A stretch of 64,000 nucleotides of DNA from a virus. Position 1 is the first letter of the stretch. Each line of letters starts with the position of its first letter. The stretch lies in IMG/VR virus record IMGVR_UViG_3300021197_001635, positions 72,013 through 136,012 of that record; one strand, 5' to 3'. Made by a program: the position numbers and the translations under genes. Of the stretch, positions 39,505 to 49,300 are shown in pieces. The notes under the pieces are model-generated. The model was not told where the DNA came from. It saw only the letters and a program-made list of their open reading frames with translations, and did not search any database.

Positions 39505-39880
39505 ATATCAGACTAAAGTATCCTGTTGTATATCCAAATGGACTTTGACCAAGGACGGTCTTGTATACGTTTTCAGACGATACACCTCCTCAGACAAAAC
39601 AATTGAGATATGCGAGCCTGATGGCAACATAATCAATGTAGCTGTTGAATCTGCTAGGGCGGTTTGGGAAACCCTGATCAACAACGGATTCGTGATCAAG
39701 AAAGAGGAACCACCAGTCCCGAAGAAAAAGCAGATTCGACGACAGGATTCTCGGAAGATGAAATGGGCAGAAGCGGTACGGATGACTCTCCAAGAGAAAG
39801 AACGACACGACCGCTTTGAGAAAGCTATTGAGATGGTGGACAAGACGTTTGGTAAAAAGAATTATGCAATGGAGGCATGA
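39491..39880 (+). CDS. Hypothetical protein
   Basis: Packed ORF. Confidence 0.55.
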   Translation: MNPDEYQTKVSCCISKWTLTKDGLVYVFRRYTSSDKTIEICEPDGNIINVAVESARAVWETLINNGFVIKKEEPPVPKKKQIRRQDSRKMKWAEAVRMTLQEKERHDRFEKAIEMVDKTFGKKNYAMEA

Positions 39881-39881
39881 A

Positions 39882-40145
39882 ATGAACAACAACGATGCTT
39901 ATACAACTTTTGTGCTCAGCGACGCGATCGATGCATTGCGTATTTCTGAGGAGAGAATGCAAGACCCATTCGCCCCAGCAGAACAGATGATTGGAATGCT
40001 ACAGGCAACTCTAGCAATCATCATCAGGTTAACCAATGGGTATGATGAGTCCAATTTCACCGATGATGAGGTGAAACTGGTGCATAGGGTGACCGAACTT
40101 GCCAATGAAGTGGCAGAAGAGATTTACACAGGAGGCAATCAGTAA
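39882..40145 (+). CDS. Hypothetical protein
   Basis: GGAGG SD; packed ORF. Confidence 0.55.
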   Translation: MNNNDAYTTFVLSDAIDALRISEERMQDPFAPAEQMIGMLQATLAIIIRLTNGYDESNFTDDEVKLVHRVTELANEVAEEIYTGGNQ

Positions 40146-40474
40146 TGGCTGGAAACGCAATTTTCGTATTTAACAACAACGAGCAGAGGGAGAAGTTCTT
40201 CTCCCATAGCATCCTAGAGAAGCACTCTATCAACGAAGACACAATGGAGACTGACACCAATTGCAGAATCCGTGTACCTTCTGGTGACTGGAAGTCCAGT
40301 GACAACCCGCTTAAGATACAGAAAAGGCTGTCAGAAGTAGCAGAAGTAGCTAAGACGTTCGGCGCTGAATGTCATATGGATTGTGGCGGTGACAATATGA
40401 CCGACTGCGGAGACCATGAAAGAAGCTGCGGACAATTATGCGACTTCTGTATGTTCTCTGAGAACAGGGGTTGA
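40145..40474 (+). CDS. Hypothetical protein with Cys-rich C-terminus
   Basis: AGGAGG SD; TAATG overlap. Confidence 0.55.
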   Translation: MAGNAIFVFNNNEQREKFFSHSILEKHSINEDTMETDTNCRIRVPSGDWKSSDNPLKIQKRLSEVAEVAKTFGAECHMDCGGDNMTDCGDHERSCGQLCDFCMFSENRG

Positions 40475-40499
40475 CAGAAGAAAAAAGCCATGGTATAAT
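40471..40499 (+). promoter_or_regulatory. Early sigma70-type promoter
   Basis: TTGACA-17-TATAAT. Confidence 0.88.
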
Positions 40500-40525
40500 G
40501 GGGTTTCAACAGTGAAGGAAAGACA

Positions 40526-40873
40526 ATGACAGCAGTACTAAAAGAATTCAAAAAAGAAGTGAAGATGGCTGGTCCCACCAGACTTCTGAACATGGAAGAG
40601 ATATCGATTTCAGACCTATATAATTGCCTAGGTGAAGGCATTTGTGAGATCAAGTACCTAGGTCCCGATGGAGTGGAGGAGATTAAGTCCTGCACCCTAA
40701 GAGGATCGTGGGTCGAGATCGACAAAAAGGATGACTGGATTGACCATGAATACGAAAAAGGAATCATGGTAGTCTGGGACATGAGTGGAGATGAATGGAG
40801 GGGTGGTTCTTGGATACAGATTCCAATTGATCGGATCACCTTTTTTGAGCAACTTACTGGAGTGCACCGATGA
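40526..40873 (+). CDS. WYL_2/SH3-like protein
   Basis: I.Y...DG....CTL..VVWD....WR pattern. Confidence 0.5.
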   Translation: MTAVLKEFKKEVKMAGPTRLLNMEEISISDLYNCLGEGICEIKYLGPDGVEEIKSCTLRGSWVEIDKKDDWIDHEYEKGIMVVWDMSGDEWRGGSWIQIPIDRITFFEQLTGVHR

Positions 40874-41070
40874 GCAGTTTTGAATATAATATAGGTGACA
40901 AGGTAGCAGACAGGCAGTCTATGAGAATGGGTACTGTGATGGATCTGGTGGAAGAAAGAGACCCCAATGGTAAATTGACCTATATGGGTGTGAAAATGGC
41001 ATTCGAAGATGGAACTTCAGACTGGATAGCTGGTGATAGAGTGGTGAAAATGCTCCTCGAAGACGGATGA
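40870..41070 (+). CDS. Small SH3-like hypothetical protein
   Basis: IGDKV..MGTV pattern. Confidence 0.5.
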   Translation: MSSFEYNIGDKVADRQSMRMGTVMDLVEERDPNGKLTYMGVKMAFEDGTSDWIAGDRVVKMLLEDG

Positions 41071-41121
41071 GAATAACTTTCTCTCCTAAATAAGGTAGGA
41101 ACCTGAAAAGGGGAGGTAGGA

Positions 41122-41325
41122 ATGCCTAGAGAAGAAAAAGATATGGTCTGGAAAGAACCAGTGGATAAGACTCAATGGCTTTTAGATCTAATAGATGCTG
41201 GAGAAGCAGTAGTGCTTGGATATGAGAAATACCTATTGAACAGGCTTGATCACAACGATCTTGCTAGAATAATGTCTGAACTGCATTCTCTATTGCCAAT
41301 GTCTTTGAAAGATAAAAACGATTGA
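41122..41325 (+). CDS. Hypothetical protein
   Basis: GGAGGT SD. Confidence 0.55.
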   Translation: MPREEKDMVWKEPVDKTQWLLDLIDAGEAVVLGYEKYLLNRLDHNDLARIMSELHSLLPMSLKDKND

Positions 41326-41345
41326 ACGCTCCTTTTCGTTATGAA

Positions 41346-41418
41346 GGGAACGTAGCTCAGTCGGTAGAGCATCCGCCTTTTAAGCGGGTGGTCGTGAGTT
41401 CGAGTCTCACCGTTCCCA
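41346..41418 (+). tRNA. tRNA-Lys(UUU)
   Basis: GGGAACG/CGTTCCC, TCCGC-CT-TTT-AA-GCGGG. Confidence 0.93.
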
Positions 41419-41489
41419 CTTTTTGTGCGTGGCGTTCAGAACGCCACGTTAGGCCACAACGACTTCTATAGTACTTGACAAAAGAATAC

Positions 41490-41518
41490 TTGACAGAATA
41501 GATAGTCTGTGGTATAAT
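41490..41518 (+). promoter_or_regulatory. Early sigma70-type promoter
   Basis: TTGACA-17-TATAAT. Confidence 0.85.
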
Positions 41519-41611
41519 GGTTTTTGTAAAAGCATCAATAAGATCCAACCCGATGGGGTATGAGATGCAAATGTGAATTGAAACATCGGGAATTTTAAGG
41601 AGAAATGGAAT

Positions 41612-41890
41612 ATGCCTCTAGCACCCGTTTCTAAGCGTCGTCAGGTCATCAACTTCCTCACTAACCACCCAACCAAGGGTCTTACCATCGCAGAAGCGAA
41701 GAGCAAGTTCGGAATTTCCAATCTTGCTTCGACCATGCGTGGTGTGAAGAATCAAGTTGAGGCCTTCGGTAACTGGGAGATCACCAAGATGCGTACGCCT
41801 CGCAACAAGGTTCGTTACTACATGAACGATACCCATCCAGGCATGCGTACCTACGGCTTCGATCGCGAAGGTAACCGTTACACGATCTGA
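41612..41890 (+). CDS. Winged-HTH DNA-binding protein
   Basis: LT..EAKSKFGISNL..T pattern; AAGGAG SD. Confidence 0.6.
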   Translation: MPLAPVSKRRQVINFLTNHPTKGLTIAEAKSKFGISNLASTMRGVKNQVEAFGNWEITKMRTPRNKVRYYMNDTHPGMRTYGFDREGNRYTI

Positions 41891-41971
41891 TTCCTAACGG
41901 AGTCACCCCTACAATTCAAGTCTTTTGGTGGGTTAATTCCCATCGAAAGACATTCTTGACAAGTGAATAAA

Positions 41972-42054
41972 GTCTCAGAAGAGGTGGTTCGAGTCCATCC
42001 ATTAGGGCTTCAGTAAGACCCTGTAGTGTATGTCAGAGTTTAGCACGCTGAGAC
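41972..42054 (+). ncRNA. Circularly permuted tRNA-like RNA (YrlA/Y-RNA-like topology)
   Basis: T arm precedes D arm, loop-closed acceptor stem, ends paired GTCTCAG/CTGAGAC. Confidence 0.6.
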
Positions 42055-42235
42055 ACGATTTTTCGTTTTTTGTTTGGAACTACCTACCAAAGGAGACCTG
42101 CTATGGAGACCTAAGATTTTATTAATAAGATAGGATTTTAAGATTATAGCACGTCGATTGACAGACTCAAAACAGCAACACAACCTAGCAGGGACTGGTC
42201 TTCCTCTTGGGTCGAGAACCAAAGGCCAGCGTCCT

Positions 42236-42260
42236 GACCCCGTACGTAACGGGGTCTTTT
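42236..42260 (+). terminator. Rho-independent terminator
   Basis: GACCCCGT-ACGTA-ACGGGGTC-TTTT. Confidence 0.8.
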
Positions 42261-42266
42261 CATATA

Positions 42267-42295
42267 TTGACAGAAGATCCAAGCCATGGTATAAT
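42267..42295 (+). promoter_or_regulatory. Early sigma70-type promoter
   Basis: TTGACA-17-TATAAT. Confidence 0.88.
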
Positions 42296-42321
42296 GGAAA
42301 TGTCTCCAAAGGAGTGAAAAC

Positions 42322-42513
42322 ATGGCAAAAAGAGTATGGGACAGATTTGATGAAGAGGCAGAAAAAGAAGGCAATGCCTACAGTAGGCAGGTGATGACTC
42401 AGATCATCAAAAAAGGCGGAAGAGAAGGTAAAAAGATCAGGAAGCAAAGAAGTGGAATGCAGGCTGCTCTTAACCGATCCGAAATGCGTATTATGAGGAA
42501 ATATTTGGTATGA
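42322..42513 (+). CDS. Small basic hypothetical protein
   Basis: AAGGAG SD, directly after the promoter. Confidence 0.6.
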   Translation: MAKRVWDRFDEEAEKEGNAYSRQVMTQIIKKGGREGKKIRKQRSGMQAALNRSEMRIMRKYLV

Positions 42514-42725
42514 ACAAGTTTTGTCTAGATTGTGGAAATGAAATCCCGATGGCACGTTTGGATGCCGTACCTGACACAGATTATTGTGTCGGATGTGTGG
42601 ATAAGAATTCGAAGCCAGTTGTGGCTAGGTTGATCTTCAACCACAAGACCGCTGGTGAGGTATTCATCGCCAAGGGTAAAGAAAATGTGAGGATCCTTGA
42701 GAGGGAGTACTCGAGGGGCAGATGA
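42510..42725 (+). CDS. TraR/DksA C4 zinc-finger protein
   Basis: CLDCGNEIP.ARL.AVP....CVGC. Confidence 0.8.
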   Translation: MNKFCLDCGNEIPMARLDAVPDTDYCVGCVDKNSKPVVARLIFNHKTAGEVFIAKGKENVRILEREYSRGR

Positions 42726-42756
42726 TTCTTTATAAATAATTATAAAGGGACACCCC

Positions 42757-43017
42757 ATGAGAATCGTGAAAGTAACTTGGATAGATGCAGAAGAATATGG
42801 TGAAATCGGTTGGAACTCCCTAAAATCGATCAAAACTTATGCCAAGAAACCATGCCCCACTATGATTAGTGTTGGGCATGTGTTGTATGAAGATGATAAC
42901 CATATATCATTGATCAGCACTCTTGGTGATAAAGAGTCCAGCAGCCTTGAGAAAATACCAAAGAGCTTCATCAATAAGATAGAAGAACTAGTAGAGAAGG
43001 TGAAAAAAGATGCCTAG
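42757..43017 (+). CDS. Conserved phage hypothetical protein
   Basis: V.VTW.DA..GW..SVG..IP motif; TATAAATA at 42731. Confidence 0.65.
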   Translation: MRIVKVTWIDAEEYGEIGWNSLKSIKTYAKKPCPTMISVGHVLYEDDNHISLISTLGDKESSSLEKIPKSFINKIEELVEKVKKDA

Positions 43018-43303
43018 TTATGAATATGCATGCAAGGAATGTAAGGTGGTGTGGGAAGAGGACAGGTCAATCGCTAAATGCCTTGTACCCACCAATAAAA
43101 AATGCCCACACTGCGATGCTAAAAGGGGCAGCATTTATAGGCACTTCAGCTCTGCGCCTGGAATGAAGATGGATGCTAATATGGATTTGACGAAAACTCA
43201 TAATCATGGTGGATTCCAAGACGCGATGAGGAGAGTTGCAAACTCCCCAGGCGTAAAGGGGACTTACGCAGAGAAAATTATCAAAGATAAACACATAAGT
43301 TGA
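43010..43303 (+). CDS. FmdB-family zinc-ribbon protein
   Basis: MPSYEYACKEC..CPHC. Confidence 0.75.
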   Translation: MPSYEYACKECKVVWEEDRSIAKCLVPTNKKCPHCDAKRGSIYRHFSSAPGMKMDANMDLTKTHNHGGFQDAMRRVANSPGVKGTYAEKIIKDKHIS

Positions 43304-43534
43304 GGCCTGAGAAATGAAAGAAGAAGACAAGAAAATAATGATGCAAGATACCTTATCAATGCATATAGATAAGGTTCCAACCGATCACGAGAAAGAAGGG
43401 GAAGAGGAATCAGATGCTTCCCCTCCAGCGAACAGTTCTAAAAACATTAGTCTCGATACTTGATAGGGTATAGACTCGCTAATAAATAAACATACACTAT
43501 CACCATTAATCCCGAATGCAGGAGTATTTTCGTT

Positions 43535-44608
43535 ATGATTGAATCTGGTAAAGTGAATTTTCTAATCGATGGTCAGTGGGGAAGCACTGGCAAGGGCAAA
43601 CTTGCTGGTTACATGTACAGCAAGCATGACAACCTGAGAATGGCAATTAGCGATAATATGCCAAATGCGGGTCACACCTTCACAAGAGACGGCAAGAATT
43701 TCATCTTCAAGGCACTTCCCACTGGTGTTCTTTTCGATAATGTGACGTCGCTCATCGGTCCACAAGCAGTAATGGGCGAAGAACAGTTCCAATACGAGAT
43801 GGAAATGGTGAAAAACGAAATCGGTCATTACCCCAAGGTAATTATCCACCCGATGGCGACGGTTGTCACCGCCAGTGACAAAGATGCTGAGGCAGGAATC
43901 GTCAGCAAGATGGCAAGCACTGGTCAGGGATCATGTTCTGCTACAGTTAAGAAGATGTGGAGACGAGGAGAGGCAAATCTTGCCAAGAACAGCAAGGTAT
44001 TCGGAGAGTACGTAGGAGATACGCACAATTTCTTGCATATGGGACTTAAGAAAGGTGATGCAGCACTTTCAGAAGGCAGTCAAGGTTTTGATCTTTCTAT
44101 GAACTGCGGACACGCCTATCCACACACCACATCACGCGATTGCCTGATCGGCAGAATGATGGACAATGCTGGTTGTCCAGTTAAATCAGTGGGCAGCATC
44201 ATCGCTTGTCTGAGGACACTGCCAATCCGAGTGGGTAGCACTGAGAACACCAGTGGTCCTTATTATGATGATCAGAACGAGATAGACTGGAAGATGGTAT
44301 CTGAAATGTGCGGTCAAGACGTAGAAGAGAGAACCACAGTCACCCAGAGAGTGCGTAGGGTCTTCACCTTCTCCGAAGAGCAGACCAGAAAATTCTGCGA
44401 GTATGTACGTCCAGACTATGCATTCCTGAACTTCGTCAATTATTACAAGGACGAGCAGGAGAGAACGTCAGCAGTAGAATCTGTTGCCTCCATCTTGACA
44501 GAGTATGGTTGTGATCTTACACTGCTTGGGACAGGTGCAGAACTGGAGGATATGGTAGTCACCGATAATGAAACCATCCTCAACAAGCAGGAAACCTTAT
44601 TCGCATGA
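43535..44608 (+). CDS. purZ: PurZ-type N6-succino-2-amino-dAMP synthetase (adenylosuccinate synthetase family)
   Basis: DGQWGSTGKG (Ser in place of the PurA Asp), NMPNAGHT, IHPMATV, STGQGS, EGSQGF.LS, TSRDC, PIRVG, TTVT.RVRRVF.FS, FLNFVNY; 357 aa. Confidence 0.8.
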   Translation: MIESGKVNFLIDGQWGSTGKGKLAGYMYSKHDNLRMAISDNMPNAGHTFTRDGKNFIFKALPTGVLFDNVTSLIGPQAVMGEEQFQYEMEMVKNEIGHYPKVIIHPMATVVTASDKDAEAGIVSKMASTGQGSCSATVKKMWRRGEANLAKNSKVFGEYVGDTHNFLHMGLKKGDAALSEGSQGFDLSMNCGHAYPHTTSRDCLIGRMMDNAGCPVKSVGSIIACLRTLPIRVGSTENTSGPYYDDQNEIDWKMVSEMCGQDVEERTTVTQRVRRVFTFSEEQTRKFCEYVRPDYAFLNFVNYYKDEQERTSAVESVASILTEYGCDLTLLGTGAELEDMVVTDNETILNKQETLFA

Positions 44609-45162
44609 TAATTAACTGTGTAATAGGTCAGGCTGGAAGTGGAAAATCTACCTTCATAGGACAGAAATTCCCTAGGGACCAGTACATTTTCTTTGATGTG
44701 GGTGACATCCTGAGAGGGATGTTTACCTGCTTCAAGGGCAATCAGGGCAATAAGAATGTCTGGAGCTTTGCTAACCCGTTGGTGTATAGCATTATGAAGA
44801 AGTGCGTCAGCATCTCTTCTAAGACCAATTACCCAGTTGTATTTGATGGATTTCCCAGAAATTCCACTCAAGTCAGGCATCTCCACCGATACCTTACCTC
44901 CCCTAGATTGGGGAAGGTGGAGGTGCTGGTTCATTGTTTAGACATAAATATGGATGAGCAAATGTCCAGAATTGAGAAACGGAATGGTGGTCTAGACGAA
45001 TATCAGATCAAGAGGATCAAGCAGTCTAGGAACGATTTTGAGGGTGTCATAGAAGAAGTAGAGAAACTGATGCTAGACTCCCGAAACCATCCAGTATCCT
45101 ATAAATGCATGTGGTACAAACAGGTAGATGATGGATTCACACTAGAACAACCTAGGAGATAG
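44605..45162 (+). CDS. Adenylate-kinase-like nucleoside monophosphate kinase
   Basis: GQAGSGKST P-loop, DVGDILR, FDGFPRN..Q; ATGA overlap with purZ. Confidence 0.8.
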   Translation: MIINCVIGQAGSGKSTFIGQKFPRDQYIFFDVGDILRGMFTCFKGNQGNKNVWSFANPLVYSIMKKCVSISSKTNYPVVFDGFPRNSTQVRHLHRYLTSPRLGKVEVLVHCLDINMDEQMSRIEKRNGGLDEYQIKRIKQSRNDFEGVIEEVEKLMLDSRNHPVSYKCMWYKQVDDGFTLEQPRR

Positions 45163-45164
45163 AA

Positions 45165-45719
45165 ATGGCATCATTTAATATAGAAATACCCGATGAATAT
45201 CTAGGTGGTGGTGAAGATTTCGGTTTCACCACCGTCGATGCTGATGTTTTCGAGCAGCAGAACCAGCAAGAAAGAGAAGTAGCAGAAGAAGTTGCTGGTG
45301 AGATTTCTTCCAGTCTTACCAATCAGATCAATTCTAAGATGAGCATCTTAGAGGGAAAGATAAATGCTGTCTTATCCAGACTGGAAGATAGCACTGGGGA
45401 AGATGCCATAGATTCATCCATAGACGTGAATAGGATCGAAGACAAAATAGATAAGATCCTAGCTATGGAGAACACTGAACTCGCACAGTCGATACAAGAC
45501 CAAGGTGCAAGTATACGTGCTGTAATCGATGAGGTAGAAGAGAGAAAGAACCAACTAGAGACTCTGCATGCAGAGAAAATGATAGATCTAGAGAAACTGG
45601 TATTACCTCTGCTCATTAACCTCACTAAGAATCCAGAGAAAGAATACCTATACTGGCCTGATAGAGTTAGTAAAGTTCAAGATCAGATCAAGAGGGTTCT
45701 GGAAGTAACCAGAGGGTAA
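45165..45719 (+). CDS. Conserved T4-like coiled-coil protein
   Basis: DFGFT.VD..LPLL.NL.KNPEKEY.YWPDR. Confidence 0.7.
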   Translation: MASFNIEIPDEYLGGGEDFGFTTVDADVFEQQNQQEREVAEEVAGEISSSLTNQINSKMSILEGKINAVLSRLEDSTGEDAIDSSIDVNRIEDKIDKILAMENTELAQSIQDQGASIRAVIDEVEERKNQLETLHAEKMIDLEKLVLPLLINLTKNPEKEYLYWPDRVSKVQDQIKRVLEVTRG

Positions 45720-45725
45720 TAAGTC

Positions 45726-46397
45726 ATGCGTGAATTATTTGAACATGTGGGTCTTCCAGACCAACTGATGGGAACCGATTTGGGTGTTACCAACAAGAGC
45801 GGTAAGAGGTTCTATAAGGCGCCTGGTGGTGAACTACTGCCTAGCGTAACCACTGTGACTGGATGGGAGAAAAGACAATTTTTCGCAGAGTGGAGAAGGA
45901 AAAATCCGCAAGAGTCGAAGAGGGTTCTGTCTCAAGGAACTTCGCTGCATAAAGTGATTGAAGACTATCTTAATAATGATGCTGATTATATGGGCAATGC
46001 TAAACCCAAAGTAATGAATCTATTTAACTACATCAAGCCTTTGCTTCATAAAATCAAGAAGATAAGAGCACAAGAAGTGGCATTGTGGAGCACCAAGATA
46101 GGTCTAGCAGGTAGGGTAGACTGCATTGCTGAATATGACGGAAAACTGTCTGTCATAGACTTCAAGAGTAGCAAAAGAGAGAAGAAAGTAGAATATATTG
46201 ATAACTACTTCGCTCAGGCTACTGCATACTCTCTAATGTGGCAAGAAATCACTGGTATACCGATTGAGCAGATAGTAATACTGATATCTAGCGAAGACGG
46301 TACTATACAAGAATTCACGGATAAACCGATAAGCCATGTTGCAAGACTTAAAGAGATGATCGATGCCTACAACTTGGACTGTGGTGTCACCTTGTAG
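45726..46397 (+). CDS. PD-(D/E)xK (Cas4-like) exonuclease
   Basis: PSVTTV, GT.LH, AGRVDCIAEYDG.LSVIDFK, Q..AY. Confidence 0.85.
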   Translation: MRELFEHVGLPDQLMGTDLGVTNKSGKRFYKAPGGELLPSVTTVTGWEKRQFFAEWRRKNPQESKRVLSQGTSLHKVIEDYLNNDADYMGNAKPKVMNLFNYIKPLLHKIKKIRAQEVALWSTKIGLAGRVDCIAEYDGKLSVIDFKSSKREKKVEYIDNYFAQATAYSLMWQEITGIPIEQIVILISSEDGTIQEFTDKPISHVARLKEMIDAYNLDCGVTL

Positions 46398-49300
46398 GTA
46401 GTCGTGTCGGCAGCGGTAGATCCAGGATTTAAGTATACCGCTTTGCCCTTTCTCTTGGGGACCGTGCCAGTGAACTTGCTGGGGGGATTGGGGTTGGTAT
46501 GATCGGTGAAGCTAGCAGCAGTAGTGATCGTTGTATCACTTGAAGCACCATCGGTATTCTTCTGGAGGATCTTGACATTAGCACCAGTGGTTGTTACTAT
46601 GAGTCTGCCATCAGTCCTGAAGGATCTACCGTCTTCAAAGCAATTACTATCAAAGACACTAGTACCAAATGTGAACCCGTCTCCAGTTCCACTAGAAGCG
46701 GTGATCAAACATATATCTCCAGAGGGACCCCTAGCAACTCCTTGTTTCAGATATACACCCCCAGTTCCACCAGTCCATCCAGCAGTGCCCGTGTGTTCAT
46801 TGACATATACCTCAATTAAACCGCGATGCCCTCCGCTTGACCCTATAGCTCTCGCTAAATTAGAGGCTCTATTCTTTGCACTAAGCAAACTGCTGGTGGC
46901 ATTAGTGCCCCTTCCGAACATGACGGGTATCGCAAATCCTACGACAGTGGCATGTGCTGATGTCACTCCAGAAGCAGATCCAGATATACCACTCATATTA
47001 TAACCACCGACACCATCTCCAGTTATGCTCTGGGTCAGTTTTATTGCCGATTTGTTGACGAAGTTTGCAGGATCATGATCTGCAGTAATACTAAGATGTC
47101 CATTTATCGTGGCGAGTTCAATGGCGTTGTAGATATTGGTAGCCATCTGGTCATTGGTGAAAGTACCACCAGCAACAAATGCATAAGAATTAACACCCAG
47201 TATGGGCATACCTGCACTACACGTCGCTCCAGTTCCACCAGTGGGACCAGCATCTGCTGATCTGCCCCCATCCCCTGTGAAGGTAATAGTTCTGGGACCC
47301 GAAAAACCTTGACCATTATATAGATTGTAATTATCTGTAATAATGAGGGTCTTCTTGCCCCAATTACCCACACTGGCATTAGTACCACCACTGGCTTGAT
47401 TCAATATAACATCTATATAGGCTGATGCGGTTGTTCCGAATGGTTCACCAGTGTTTAGATAACCTCCGCTGAAACCAGTCGCTCCATAACCCCCATACTC
47501 TATTGATAGTAGACCTGAGGATAGGGTAGCACCTATTGGGGTATTACCCTTCGCACCTAGATTTCTACTTTGGATCAGTTCCACATATGAAGTCACACCA
47601 GCTGGATCAGTTGCGGACAGGGAGATATCTTTATTAACGATTGCCATGCTGATCGCATCGAAGATACTGTCTGCTATCCCAGTAGGACCTGAAGCACCAT
47701 AGGTAGAAAATGCATATGCGTTGGGACCTAAAACTGGCATCCCCACCCCAGCAGAAGCACCAGTGCCTCCAGTTGCGGATGTAATGATTCCACTTGAATA
47801 GAATCTGATGCTGCCAGTAGAACCAGTGTTACCGTCACTCAATGAGAACGAAACTAATCCACCAGTGGGTCCTTTCCACTCAGGGTCTGCTCCACCGTGG
47901 AATCCGAATGCTGATCCCTTAGAGGGCGCAATATTAGATGAAAAACTAGTGGAGTCATACTCGCTGAATCTAGCACCACTTATTCCTCTATTACCCTCTT
48001 GCCCTTTAACTACTTGGGCTAGATTTATAGTATAGGGGTTGGCAAACGTGGTGGTTATATTCAGGTCTCTATCTGCTATTGCTAGGGCTAATGCTTCACC
48101 TATTCTGGTTGCCACCCCAGCAGTGCCCAAGTTATGGGATCCAGATGATACAATCCCTCCAGTAAATGCTGTTGGTCCAGCACTACCATTGAAATCTTGA
48201 GATATGGGGGTATCACCAGCAGTGCCCAAAATGGTTTGTGTTAGTATCAGTGCTCCTAATCCCCCAGTAGGACCACCCTCTGTTCCTGCAGTTGTCCCTG
48301 CTTCTACAGATATGCTGCCGCTGTGACCCCCAGTGCCCACTGCATCTGAAGAATCTGTTCCTCTGATTGCTTTCACCAAAGATGCCACTGCAGATGCCGA
48401 ACTTCCAGATGATGCTATGAACTTGTTCGTGATGAAATCTTGGAATGTAGCACCAGTATAGGTAATCCCGAATCCACTAGCATTGATGAGATGAAGGGTA
48501 TCTCCAACAGTCGGTCCAGTTCCCCCAATAGTGAGGGTGGCGGCTGCAAACCTTTCAGAGGCTAAATCTCCCTGTATTCCGATCACATATCTTTTATGTC
48601 CAGATATGGTGGATGTGGGAGTAGATGAATCGAAATGGAAGGCAACTTCATTGCTGGAAGTGCCACCTCCAGAGAAGTTAGCACTATAAGTTATTCCTTG
48701 TGCGGTTGATCCACTGTCAGATATTGTTGTATTACCAACATTACCAGCTGTGGCTTGGGTCAGCAAAATTCCATATCCCCCAATGCCACCAGTGATGGAA
48801 GAGTCGTAAGACAACGCGGAGCTTGTGCTACCGCTATTGCTAATAACTGTATTACCTTGGAAACCCACTGTTTCTTGTTCCAGATAGATATTATAACTTC
48901 CAGTGGTTCCTACAATGCTTCCCTTCTGGGATGCTTTTATATCCAACTGGGTCATAGTATTAATACTTCTGGTCACCACTCCAGCTATACCGCTAGCGGT
49001 CAACCCCCCTATGGGCATGGTAGCGCCCATTACTCCGTGGGTCAGACCTGAACTAGCACCAGCATTAAAGGTGAACGTTATCCCAACACCCGCAGAGTCT
49101 AATAAGTGGAATGTTCTATTACCAACTGTATCTGAAGAAGCACCTGAATTAATTGCTATTATGCCCTCAGCAGCGATCGCACCAGAGACAGCAGAGGAGG
49201 TAGCACCTATATTGAGTGAAGTTAGGTTGATACCAGCTACTATATTGTCCCTAATCTTGCTAGAATTTAGACCGTCAACACCTATGGTCATGCCAGGCGC

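Noticed and set aside
41972-42235. Two-piece (permuted) tmRNA
   Set aside because: It has a paired D stem, no G3-U70 alanine identity, no CCA and no plausible tag reading frame ending in Ala-Ala.
43535-44608. Ordinary purA
   Set aside because: It lacks the catalytic Asp (GDEGKG) and the TKLD GTP-specificity motif and is shorter than bacterial PurA; kept only as the alternative hypothesis.
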